Virus record (IMG/VR): IMGVR_UViG_3300045988_129382 | Span: 96,001 to 160,000 of that record | Length of the DNA: 64,000 nt | From: a virus | Reading direction: 5' to 3' (one strand) | In this document: one piece after another, positions 9,222 to 17,008 of the stretch | Layout: each line of letters starts with the position of its first letter | Numbering within the stretch: position 1 is the stretch's first letter | Program-made: the position numbers and the translations under genes | The notes under the pieces: model-generated | Seen by the model: only the letters and a program-made list of their open reading frames with translations | What the model was told of the DNA's origin: nothing | The model's database searches: none

Positions 9222-10391
9222 ATGTTAATGACAAATAATTATAGCGATGCTTTTGAAGATTTCGCTATAAAAAATGGTCGAGATATTTTCACGATATATA
9301 ACGATACTAATACAACAGATGAAGAGAGAGAAAGATTAGTTGAATGGTTATTTAACTTAATTCGTTCTAGAGATAATGCAGTTCCTTTGCATATGTGGAG
9401 TGATGATATATTCAATAAGATAGTATCTAGTTTATGTGATATTGATACAAATGTAACATATCAAGATGGTGCATACAGTCTTAATAATATAGGTGCTAAT
9501 ATACTAACACAATTCTTTCCAGAAATTTTAGATGTTGTAAAGAGTGGTAAGGCAAGTCCTAGAGATTTCTTTAAAGATGATAAAAGACTTCTTGGGTATT
9601 GTAAGACTGTTCTAAAGTATTGCACTAGTCCTTTAGAGATGTTTAAAATGATGTCTTTTAGAGGTTCTAGTAGGTGTTATAATTTCAGACCAGCAACAGC
9701 TAAGGCTCTTTATGAGTTATATGGTAAAGAAAACTCTAAGGTGTTGGATACATCAAGTGGTTTTGGTGGTAGATTGTTAGGTTTCTTTACAGCTAAAAAC
9801 ACAGCTGAGTATGTAGGTATAGACCCAAACACAGCAGATAGCTGTAATAAGTTTATTGAGTTTATGCAGATGCGTTTTGGGATTAATAAAAAAGCATATG
9901 TTAATAGGATAGGTTCAGAGGATTTCACAGTAGAGAATTATCCTCAATATGAGAACTATTTTGATATAAGCTTTACATCACCGCCATACTTTAATATAGA
10001 ACGATATTCTGATGATATAACACAATCACATGTCAAATTTAACACATATGATGCGTGGATAGATGGGTTTTATCGGAATACAATTTATAATAGTTGTAAC
10101 TCACTAAAACTTGATGGTGTTTTTGCAGTCAATATTAGTTGGGTGGATAATATTAAAGAGTATACAGAAGAATTTCTTAATGATTGTGGCTTTTATATCA
10201 TTAAGGAAGATAAGTATCTTCTAAGAATTCACCCTAGAGAGAGTTCATATGGTAGTGATAAAATGTCTAAATATGAGCCAATATGGGTAGCTAAGCATTA
10301 TACTGAGTTGTTAAAAGATGGTATGATTACACGAGATAAAGCGGAAGAATGTTATCAACGAGTAAAATTTGGTAATAAGGGGGTATTATGA
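9222..10391 (+). CDS. DNA methyltransferase (amino-MTase, SPPY motif IV), paralogue 2
   Basis: Same motif I and motif IV as 6791..7996. 255 nt (9738-9992) are identical to 7316-7570. Confidence 0.8.
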   Translation: MLMTNNYSDAFEDFAIKNGRDIFTIYNDTNTTDEERERLVEWLFNLIRSRDNAVPLHMWSDDIFNKIVSSLCDIDTNVTYQDGAYSLNNIGANILTQFFPEILDVVKSGKASPRDFFKDDKRLLGYCKTVLKYCTSPLEMFKMMSFRGSSRCYNFRPATAKALYELYGKENSKVLDTSSGFGGRLLGFFTAKNTAEYVGIDPNTADSCNKFIEFMQMRFGINKKAYVNRIGSEDFTVENYPQYENYFDISFTSPPYFNIERYSDDITQSHVKFNTYDAWIDGFYRNTIYNSCNSLKLDGVFAVNISWVDNIKEYTEEFLNDCGFYIIKEDKYLLRIHPRESSYGSDKMSKYEPIWVAKHYTELLKDGMITRDKAEECYQRVKFGNKGVL

Positions 10392-10525
10392 GTGTTTCAG
10401 TTAAGGTAAATAACATTACTAATAACTTCTATTCTGATGAGTGGTATACTGAGGTTGAGACTGTTAAAAAGATGTATGATTTATTAGGTGTTAAGGAGGG
10501 GGGCAACAGTTCTATGTCCCTTTGA
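10388..10525 (+). pseudogene. N-terminal fragment of a frameshifted N6-adenine DNA methyltransferase
   Basis: MSVSVKVNNITNNFYSDEWYTEVETVKKMYDLLGVKEGG... runs into the G6 tract at 10498-10503 and then terminates. Removing one G joins it in frame to 10488..10925 (…GVKEGATVLCPFD…). Confidence 0.6.
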
Positions 10526-10925
10526 TACTGATAAATCATTGTACGTTCAGTATGGTATAGAATGTGGTTATAATGTAATTTATAATATAAGAGATTTTCT
10601 TGATAGGGATGTAACATATGAGTTTGACTATGTGATTACAAACCCACCTTTCAGTGTTAAAGATGATGTTATTGAAAGATGTTTAGAGTATGGTAAACCT
10701 AGTATGTTGGTATTACCTATGGATTCTTTGGGTGGTGTAAAAAGACATTCATTGTTTAAATCCTTTAAGTCATTTCCTAAAGTATATATTCCTACAAGAC
10801 GAGTTAATTATGTTGATGTTAATGGTGTTAAACGTAAGGGTGCATGTTTTCATTCCATTTATATGCATTTTAATCACTTTAGTTCAAGTTCAATTATGTT
10901 AGAGTGTGAAGAAGATAGTCATTAA
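10488..10925 (+). CDS. N6-adenine DNA methyltransferase, catalytic (NPPF) part
   Basis: ATVLCPFDTDKS and YVITNPPFSV (motif IV NPPF). Lacks its own N-terminus, see 10388..10525. Confidence 0.65.
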   Translation: MLRRGATVLCPFDTDKSLYVQYGIECGYNVIYNIRDFLDRDVTYEFDYVITNPPFSVKDDVIERCLEYGKPSMLVLPMDSLGGVKRHSLFKSFKSFPKVYIPTRRVNYVDVNGVKRKGACFHSIYMHFNHFSSSSIMLECEEDSH

Positions 10926-11019
10926 AGTAAATAAATAATAACATTCATTTATTATTTGTATATATACCTTTAGGTGATATATTTTCATAATCAGTTAGTA
11001 ATTTCTAGAGGTTATTGTA

Positions 11020-11307
11020 ATGGATAGAGAAATGAATAGGTTATTGGGTTTCTTGGGTACTAATGTTGATAGCAATGTTGGTATTGATTGGACTTGGACT
11101 GAGCTAGTTAAACATGCTGAGCAAGGTGATAAATTCTCTTTGTATCGTTTAACTCAGTTAGCACGTCATTCTGAGCAACCTGAAGTTAAAAAATATGCGA
11201 CTGAAGCCGTTGAACGTATTGAAAAAATCGTTGAGGAAGCCGCTAAATTAGAAGCTAGTCAAGTTACTACTAAAAGTGGTATCTACTTATCTAGCGAAGA
11301 ACATTAA
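11020..11307 (+). CDS. hypothetical protein
   Basis: 95-aa ORF followed by a terminator. Confidence 0.6.
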   Translation: MDREMNRLLGFLGTNVDSNVGIDWTWTELVKHAEQGDKFSLYRLTQLARHSEQPEVKKYATEAVERIEKIVEEAAKLEASQVTTKSGIYLSSEEH

Positions 11308-11320
11308 GATTCTTCTATTT

Positions 11321-11350
11321 GAGGTGTAGTGTTTTACTACACCTCTTTTT
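11321..11350 (+). terminator. rho-independent terminator
   Basis: gaggtgtagt-gtttt-actacacctc stem followed by ttttt. Confidence 0.8.
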
Positions 11351-11352
11351 AG

Positions 11353-11382
11353 TTGTAATATTTTGTAGTGGTATGTTATAAT
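11353..11382 (+). promoter_or_regulatory. sigma70-like promoter with recurring ttgtaatattttgta motif
   Basis: TTGTAA (11353-58), 18-nt spacer, TATAAT (11377-82). The same 15-mer recurs at 55543 and, with one change, at 32348. Confidence 0.5.
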
Positions 11383-11402
11383 CACTTTGAGGTGGTGATT
11401 AT

Positions 11403-11666
11403 ATGAATATTTACATTTGTGATGTTCCTTTTGATAGGGATACTTTTATTAATGTTTCCTTAGATAAGGTCTATGAATATTATGATAAGATAGAAGACGC
11501 AGATGCTAGGTCTAAGAGATATAATGATATTAGTAATGAGATAGATTGTATCAATCAAGAGATATGTGTGTTGAAAGAAAAGGTTTTTGAATTAGAAAAA
11601 GAAAAGTATCGATTATTTGGTGATAATTCTTCATTTTTAGTTGATAATTTTTGTAATATTCTGTAA
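11403..11666 (+). CDS. hypothetical protein
   Basis: 87-aa ORF; RBS gaggtggtg upstream. Confidence 0.6.
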   Translation: MNIYICDVPFDRDTFINVSLDKVYEYYDKIEDADARSKRYNDISNEIDCINQEICVLKEKVFELEKEKYRLFGDNSSFLVDNFCNIL

Positions 11667-11702
11667 ATTAAGGTTGACATAGTTTAGTAGTGGTGGTATA
11701 TT

Positions 11703-11939
11703 ATGTGTAACAGTAAAGACGATATGAAATTTACTGCAACATTCTCAGATGACGATAAAGGTAAAGATTTTAAAGTCGGATTAGAGAATGTTATCTCAAC
11801 AGATGGTGTAAGTACTTCTGTTGAGTATGATGTCTTAAAAAAAGATGTAGAGGCTAAAATGGATTCAGAGATTGGTTCTTTTAGTTACTCTACGGATAAA
11901 AAAACAAATATCAAGATAGAAATACCTACAAAGGGTTAA
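11703..11939 (+). CDS. hypothetical protein
   Basis: 78-aa ORF. A TTGACA-17-TATATT promoter abuts the ATG, so the true start is uncertain. Confidence 0.45.
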   Translation: MCNSKDDMKFTATFSDDDKGKDFKVGLENVISTDGVSTSVEYDVLKKDVEAKMDSEIGSFSYSTDKKTNIKIEIPTKG

Positions 11940-11963
11940 TTAGTATTAAAAGGAGATTATATT

Positions 11964-12254
11964 ATGGAAGAGAAACAGTTATTAGAAAAAGTTAAGAGAT
12001 ATAAAGATTTAAAAAATAAAATCTCTATTCTTGAAGCGGAGGCTAAAGAGTTAAATAAAGAACTTAAAGATTCTTTACGTGAGAGTGGTAAAGAAGAGTT
12101 CATTATTGGCAGTTATGTTGTTAAGTTACAATCTATCTCTAAAGATAGATTTAATTCAAAACAATTCAAGAATGAAAACTCTTTCTTGTATTCTAAATAT
12201 GTGTCTACTGTAAATGAAGAGCGATTACAGGTTACTGGAGGGGATATTTTGTAA
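11964..12254 (+). CDS. hypothetical coiled-coil protein
   Basis: 96-aa ORF; RBS aaaggag. Confidence 0.6.
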   Translation: MEEKQLLEKVKRYKDLKNKISILEAEAKELNKELKDSLRESGKEEFIIGSYVVKLQSISKDRFNSKQFKNENSFLYSKYVSTVNEERLQVTGGDIL

Positions 12255-12263
12255 ATTAAGCAC

Positions 12264-12292
12264 TTTACAAAACTTAATTTATAATATATAAT
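12264..12292 (+). promoter_or_regulatory. sigma70-like promoter upstream of the RNA/tRNA region
   Basis: TTTACA (12264-69), 17-nt spacer, TATAAT (12287-92). Confidence 0.5.
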
Positions 12293-12299
12293 AACATAT

Positions 12300-12844
12300 G
12301 TAATTGTGGTACGAGACATAATTATAACCGTGGGACACATGGGGGTAGCCTATTGTCTGGTTGTAAGACTTTTTTAAAATGATATTAAAAGAGCGAACCA
12401 TTGGGTATGAACATCTATTGACTTAGAAGTTAATAGGTGATGTCAGAAGCTAGGGTGTACTTTATACTATCACATTGTACACGTACAGGATTAATCTTAT
12501 AGGTTTGTAGTTACCTTGATTTCACTAGCTATTCAGAAAACTACTATGCATGGTTCTATTGGTTAGGCAATTTAGAAGTTCAATTCTTCTTAGAACCACA
12601 ATTAAAGTCCACTCTCATGATGTGTAGATTGCGATATACTAGTGAGATATGGTCGGTGTTGACTTATCATCGAAAACAGCTGAAACACTGCAGGGTTTGT
12701 GGCTATAATGTCTTAGTTTTCATATGTCCTCATTATGGGTTCGACTCCCATATCGCCGGCATAGAGCTGGCGATGGATGACGTGTGTTCGCAAAACGCAT
12801 AGTAGTGTGTTGTCATCGTGAGGACGAATTCTAATATTTTTTAT
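12300..12844 (+). ncRNA. untranslated hairpin-rich leader with two tRNA-like T-arm elements (unclassified)
   Basis: No credible ORF. Acceptor/T-arm minihelix ggttcta...agaag-ttcaatt-cttct-tagaacc (about 12552-12597) with no anticodon arm. Perfect T-arm tatggg-ttcgact-cccata (about 12734-12752). Several 6-bp or longer hairpins. Confidence 0.3.
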
Positions 12845-12932
12845 GGAAAGGTGTCCGAGTGGTTTATGGTGACGGCCTTGAAAACCGTTGCACAGAGATG
12901 TGCCGTAGGTTCGAATCCTATCCTTTCCGCCA
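12845..12932 (+). tRNA. tRNA-Ser (anticodon UGA)
   Basis: Acceptor ggaaagg/cctttcc, anticodon loop cTTGAaa, long variable arm, T-arm taggttcgaatccta, encoded CCA. Confidence 0.85.
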
Positions 12933-12933
12933 T

Positions 12934-13007
12934 AGGTCTTTAGTGTAGTGGTAACACGATAGGCTCCAAACCTATAAACAAGAGTTCGATTCTTTTAAGA
13001 CCTGCCA
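12934..13007 (+). tRNA. tRNA-Trp (anticodon CCA)
   Basis: Acceptor aggtctt/aagacct, anticodon arm atagg-ctCCAaa-cctat, T-arm aagagttcgattctttt, encoded CCA. Confidence 0.85.
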
Positions 13008-13017
13008 ACTTATATAT

Positions 13018-13109
13018 GGAGAGATGGTAGAGTGGCTTATTACACTTCCCTGCTAAGGAAGAGTGGGGATATATTTCCACCGTGGGTTCGAATCCCACTC
13101 TCTCCGCCA
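13018..13109 (+). tRNA. tRNA-Ser (anticodon GCU)
   Basis: Acceptor ggagaga/tctctcc, anticodon arm cttcc-ctGCTaa-ggaag, long variable arm, T-arm gtgggttcgaatcccac, CCA. Confidence 0.9.
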
Positions 13110-13113
13110 ATAT

Positions 13114-13190
13114 GGCTCTATAGCTCAGGTGGATAGAGCAATGGTTTCCTAAACCATGTGTCACTGGTTCAACTCCAGTTAGGGCCACCA
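13114..13190 (+). tRNA. tRNA-Arg (anticodon CCU)
   Basis: Acceptor ggctcta/tagggcc, D-arm tagctcaggtggatagagc, anticodon arm atggt-ttCCTaa-accat, T-arm ctggttcaactccag, CCA. Confidence 0.9.
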
Positions 13191-13195
13191 TATAT

Positions 13196-13270
13196 GAACT
13201 CTTAGCTCAGGGGGAGAGCAGGTGACTCATAATCTCCAGGTCGGTGGTTCAAACCCACCAGGGTTCACCA
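13196..13270 (+). tRNA. tRNA-Met or tRNA-Ile2 (anticodon CAU)
   Basis: Acceptor gaactct/agggttc, D-arm gctcagggggagagc, anticodon loop ctCATaa, T-arm ggtggttcaaacccacc, CCA. Confidence 0.85.
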
Positions 13271-13310
13271 AATTAAGTTTTGCATACTTCTTCAAAAAGT
13301 ATGCGTACAT

Positions 13311-13397
13311 GCCTGTATGGTGAAATTGGCAAACACGGCAGACTTAGAATCTGTTGAGGTAACACTCTTGTAGGTTCAACTCCTACTACAGGCACCA
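13311..13397 (+). tRNA. tRNA-Leu (anticodon UAG)
   Basis: Acceptor gcctgta/tacaggc, anticodon arm gcaga-ctTAGaa-tctgt, long variable arm, T-arm taggttcaactccta, CCA. Confidence 0.85.
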
Positions 13398-13434
13398 TTT
13401 ATACATTATGTTATTAATAGAGAGGATACTAAAG

Positions 13435-13827
13435 ATGGAAAGAATTACAATTTTTAAGGGGTTTACTATTCCAGTTATTATTAAGGTTGATGAAAAGCAA
13501 CAAGTAATTACAGCATATAATACTAATTGTGAGTATCTAGCCGAAAATGCTTTTTATAAACTAATGCAAGGAAAATCTCAGATTGTTTATTTTGATTTCA
13601 AACCTAAGTTCTTTGATAATTTGAGATTAAAGAGTACATATAAAGCTAAAGCACGTTGTCATGATGGTGATGTGTTTGATGTTAATGTTGGTAAGGAAAT
13701 TGCAAAAGAAAAATTAGCTAACAAGCTAAGAAATTCCATTAAAAAGCGTATTGATGCAATTTTATTGCAACAGGCTATGTTGCAGAATGGTGTTGTATCT
13801 AGTAATGGTTATAAAGAATTACAGTAA
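13435..13827 (+). CDS. hypothetical protein
   Basis: ATG 13435 preceded by agagagga. The track start at 13408 lies only ~10 nt after tRNA-Leu and has no RBS. Confidence 0.6.
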   Translation: MERITIFKGFTIPVIIKVDEKQQVITAYNTNCEYLAENAFYKLMQGKSQIVYFDFKPKFFDNLRLKSTYKAKARCHDGDVFDVNVGKEIAKEKLANKLRNSIKKRIDAILLQQAMLQNGVVSSNGYKELQ

Positions 13828-13843
13828 AATATTATAAATGTGT

Positions 13844-13877
13844 AGAGTGTATGTAGAGATATGTACACTCTTTTTTA
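13844..13877 (+). terminator. rho-independent terminator
   Basis: agagtgta ... tacactct stem followed by tttttt. Confidence 0.6.
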
Positions 13878-13906
13878 TTATATAATAGGTGAGAGGTATT
13901 TTCAGT

Positions 13907-14173
13907 ATGATGTGTTTAGTGATTGCAAGAGATAGAAATGTAAAGTTAGATAGTAAATATACAATTAAAGATGCTATTGAACAGGTAGAGATGTTAGGTA
14001 ACAAGATGAATTTAAAAGGCACATTGCGTTACTATGGTTTGTCTTATGTTGAAGATAGGTCTTTCTTTTCTAAATATAAAGATGATTTTAATTTAAAAGA
14101 TATGAGGTCTTTATATAATCTAACTTTGGGTGAGTTGTGTAATTATAAGGATAGGTTAATCTATTCAGAATAG
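13907..14173 (+). CDS. hypothetical protein
   Basis: ORF with gagagg upstream of ATG 13907 (track start 13889 is GTG). Confidence 0.55.
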   Translation: MMCLVIARDRNVKLDSKYTIKDAIEQVEMLGNKMNLKGTLRYYGLSYVEDRSFFSKYKDDFNLKDMRSLYNLTLGELCNYKDRLIYSE

Positions 14174-14180
14174 GGGTTCT

Positions 14181-14435
14181 ATGATTCAAGTTGGTGATAG
14201 GGTAGAGCATAATACATTTGTATCTTTCATTGGTGAGGTTGTTGAGATTAGACCTTATAAAGATGAAACAAGTGTAGCTGTTAGAAATGATGAGGGCAAT
14301 ATTTTTTGGGACGATATCGCTACATGGGATTTAATACCTGACACAGTTATACACTATGGTAAAATTGACGATGATTTTGATGGTGAGACTATTGACGTAG
14401 AAGCTGTTATCGACTTAGGTAGTTTAGAGGGGTAG
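14181..14435 (+). CDS. hypothetical protein
   Basis: 84-aa ORF, tightly spaced after the previous gene. Confidence 0.55.
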   Translation: MIQVGDRVEHNTFVSFIGEVVEIRPYKDETSVAVRNDEGNIFWDDIATWDLIPDTVIHYGKIDDDFDGETIDVEAVIDLGSLEG

Positions 14436-14525
14436 TCATCTACTTTATATATACTCTTAGCGAACATACGATATAAGAAATTATATTTTAATATATTATT
14501 AAGGTACAAAGGGGAAGTAACATAT

Positions 14526-15173
14526 ATGAGTGATGTTATCTCAGATGTTACTAACAATATAACGAATACAGCTAAGATTGTAGGGTATGTGGTTAGTAGT
14601 CCAGAAATTCATCATAGTACACATGGTGAAGACTTCTATGAGTTCTCAGTAAGAGTTCCTAGATTAAATAGTAGTGCATCAGATATCATCAGAGTTGAAA
14701 TTTCTGATAGGGTATATGATGTTAATAAGATAGATAAAGATGCTATCGTTTCTATTGAAGGTCAGTTTAGGTCATTCAATGAGCATAATAGCGAAACAGG
14801 TAAAATCTCTTTACGTTTATTCTTATTCACTAAGGATATTGAGATTTTAGATTCTGTAGAAGAGTTTACAAATAAAATTACTTTAAGAGGTTTTATTTGT
14901 AAAGATGTAGTACATCGTAGGACTCCTGGTGGTAGGGAGATTTCAGATGTTATATTATCAGTAAATAGATTATATAGTAAGTCTGATTACATTCCTTGTG
15001 TTGTATGGGGAAGAAATTCTAAATACGTTTATAAGATGGATGTTGGTACTGAAGTTGAGTTTGTAGGTAGGATTCAATCAAGGGTATATACTAAGAAGTT
15101 TAACGATGGTTCTGCAATAGAGCGTGAGGTATATGAGGTGTCAGTATCTGACGTTACTAAAATTAGTGATTAA
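14526..15173 (+). CDS. ssDNA-binding protein-like, two tandem OB folds
   Basis: Two SSB-like repeats: KIVGYVVSSPEI...FYEFSVRV...IVSIEGQFRSF...LRLFLFTKDIEIL and ITLRGFICKDVV...DVILSVNR...IPCVVWGRNSKYV...GTEVEFVGRIQSRVY...REVYEVSVSDV. Confidence 0.6.
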   Translation: MSDVISDVTNNITNTAKIVGYVVSSPEIHHSTHGEDFYEFSVRVPRLNSSASDIIRVEISDRVYDVNKIDKDAIVSIEGQFRSFNEHNSETGKISLRLFLFTKDIEILDSVEEFTNKITLRGFICKDVVHRRTPGGREISDVILSVNRLYSKSDYIPCVVWGRNSKYVYKMDVGTEVEFVGRIQSRVYTKKFNDGSAIEREVYEVSVSDVTKISD

Positions 15174-15189
15174 TTGAGGGGTTATATTT

Positions 15190-15687
15190 ATGAGTAGCAT
15201 ATTATCAGATGCTGTGGATTACAGTAGTAAAGTGATGCTAATACGTGGATATGCTTCATATTATACAGATGATGATTTAGTTAAAATTTTCAAAGTAGAT
15301 TCTTTGTATGAGATATTACACAATAATACTTATGAGGAGATTAGAACTAAGCTTTCAACAACATTAACAAATGTAAGAGATGGAATTTTTGATATTGGGG
15401 ATGTTGTTACTATAAAGAAGCCTATTAAGTTTGATGGTTCGTATAAAACTGTTAAAGGTGTTATTATTGGTAAGCATGTGAGATATCGAGATGAGAATCT
15501 AAAAGATTATTATACTGAGTTTGATATTATAGTACAGAGTGGTATTTATAATGATGGTTATAGTTATACCATTTACAGGGAAACAGAAGAGTATTTACGT
15601 TTAGAGAGTAAGGATATCGTAAATAAACTATACTTGCAGGATACATTAAAACGGATTAGTAGGATTGATGTTGAAGTGTTAGTATAG
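15190..15687 (+). CDS. hypothetical protein
   Basis: 165-aa ORF; RBS gagggg. Confidence 0.6.
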   Translation: MSSILSDAVDYSSKVMLIRGYASYYTDDDLVKIFKVDSLYEILHNNTYEEIRTKLSTTLTNVRDGIFDIGDVVTIKKPIKFDGSYKTVKGVIIGKHVRYRDENLKDYYTEFDIIVQSGIYNDGYSYTIYRETEEYLRLESKDIVNKLYLQDTLKRISRIDVEVLV

Positions 15688-15701
15688 TAGGGGTTGTTTC
15701 G

Positions 15702-16502
15702 GTGGATAATTCAAATTTAGGTAGTGGTTTATTAGTATCACCTTATGATAGTAGAGATTATAAGTTTAGGGATTTATTAAAGTTAGGTTCTGTAAATATT
15801 CCTTATGAGTATCAGAGTGAGGTATTCCCTTTTGTATATAATCAAGGAAAATCTCAGATGTGTTGTGCATGTTCTTATATTGCTGTTAGATATTTACAAG
15901 AATCAGATAATAGTCAATCTTCTTTATCTGTTCCTTTATCGCCAGCTTTCAATTATGGGTTACGCCCTGAAGAAGAGAATTTTGAGGGGATGTATCTAAG
16001 GACATGTTTAAAAGGTGGAACTGATGTAGGTTCTATTCTGTATGATGACATGCCTGGTTTCTACACAACTAATGAAGCTTATAGTAAGGTTAATAATAGT
16101 CTTGATTTGTATAGAAATAAAGCTGATGAATTTAGGATTGATTCATATTATGTATGTAGTTCTAGAAGAGAGATACAGGTTGCTATTTTAACAACTAAGG
16201 CAGTCATTACTGGTATTCCTATTTTTGATAGCTTTTATGATGTAGGTTCTGATGGTGTTGTGCAATATGATACTACAAGAGATGTGGTAAATTATGGTGG
16301 TCACGCTGTTACTATCACTGGTTGGGGTTATATTAATAATAAATTCCATTGGAGGCTTTTAAATTCATGGGGTACTGAGTGGGGTGAAGGTGGTTATGCT
16401 TGGTTACCTGAGGAATATCCTTGGATTGAAAACGCATATGTTATCGTTGATACATCAACAAAAATGAAGTTTAATGATTATATCAGTAAATTTTACTGTT
16501 AG
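15702..16502 (+). CDS. papain-family (C1) cysteine peptidase
   Basis: NQGKSQMCCACSY (Gln/Cys region), GGHAVTITGWGY (His), WRLLNSWGTEWGEGGYAWL (Asn-Ser-Trp-Gly...WGE.GY). GTG start. Confidence 0.75.
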   Translation: MDNSNLGSGLLVSPYDSRDYKFRDLLKLGSVNIPYEYQSEVFPFVYNQGKSQMCCACSYIAVRYLQESDNSQSSLSVPLSPAFNYGLRPEEENFEGMYLRTCLKGGTDVGSILYDDMPGFYTTNEAYSKVNNSLDLYRNKADEFRIDSYYVCSSRREIQVAILTTKAVITGIPIFDSFYDVGSDGVVQYDTTRDVVNYGGHAVTITGWGYINNKFHWRLLNSWGTEWGEGGYAWLPEEYPWIENAYVIVDTSTKMKFNDYISKFYC

Positions 16503-16520
16503 GGTATGGGGGATGACATA

Positions 16521-16868
16521 ATGAAGATTACATACAAACCGTCTTTAGGTAGAATATTAGCAATTATTTTCTTGGTTTTAGCATTTATTTCTATGGTCTA
16601 TTCATTAGCAGTGGACACATATTTACATTATAAGATTCGCTCTGGTGATTTAGAGTTATATAATATAGAATCAAAAGTAATTGATGGTGAGATATCTGCT
16701 AATGTGTTTGAGCGTATTGGTCGAATTGATGGATATGTGTTGTTATATGACACAAGAACGAATTTAGTGTATATTGGTGATGAAAAAGGGAATTTAACAC
16801 CATATTATGCTAATAGCAGTGGTAAACTTGTAATGTATGATAAGTCTAGTAATAGATTGTTATACTAA
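16521..16868 (+). CDS. small membrane-anchored protein
   Basis: One N-terminal TM helix (ILAIIFLVLAFISMVYSLAV). ATG 16521 has the better RBS (ggggga); the track start is 16506. Confidence 0.55.
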   Translation: MKITYKPSLGRILAIIFLVLAFISMVYSLAVDTYLHYKIRSGDLELYNIESKVIDGEISANVFERIGRIDGYVLLYDTRTNLVYIGDEKGNLTPYYANSSGKLVMYDKSSNRLLY

Positions 16869-16871
16869 TAT

Positions 16872-16907
16872 ATAGAGGTTGAGTTAAGAACTTGACCTCT
16901 ATTTTTA
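16872..16907 (+). terminator. rho-independent terminator
   Basis: atagaggt ... acctctat stem followed by ttttt. Confidence 0.7.
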
Positions 16908-17008
16908 TTTATTACTTTACAATTATTTACAGTTATGGTAGTATATAAGTGTACTCTTTAGTATTGATTTTGAGAGTATTGATATTTTAAAAGATGTGGA
17001 GGTACATC

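Noticed and set aside
12340-12800. A phage tmRNA, standard or permuted, suggested by the gggg start at ~12341 and the GGGUUCGACUCCC T-arm at ~12738.
   Set aside because: I could not pair any 5' strand with the sequence following the T-arm into an acceptor stem with G3-U70. There is no CCA and no plausible resume codon or tag ending in hydrophobic residues plus stop. It is kept only as an unclassified RNA region.
12617-12802. 61-aa + strand ORF (MMCRLRYTSEIW…) upstream of the tRNAs.
   Set aside because: No RBS. It is Cys/His/Arg-rich and compositionally unlike the neighbouring proteins, and it runs through the T-arm-like element and the hairpins.
12940-13191. 83-aa minus-strand ORF across the tRNA cluster.
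   Set aside because: It overlaps four well-folding tRNA genes on the opposite strand. It is an artefact of the stop-poor, GC-richer tRNA sequence.
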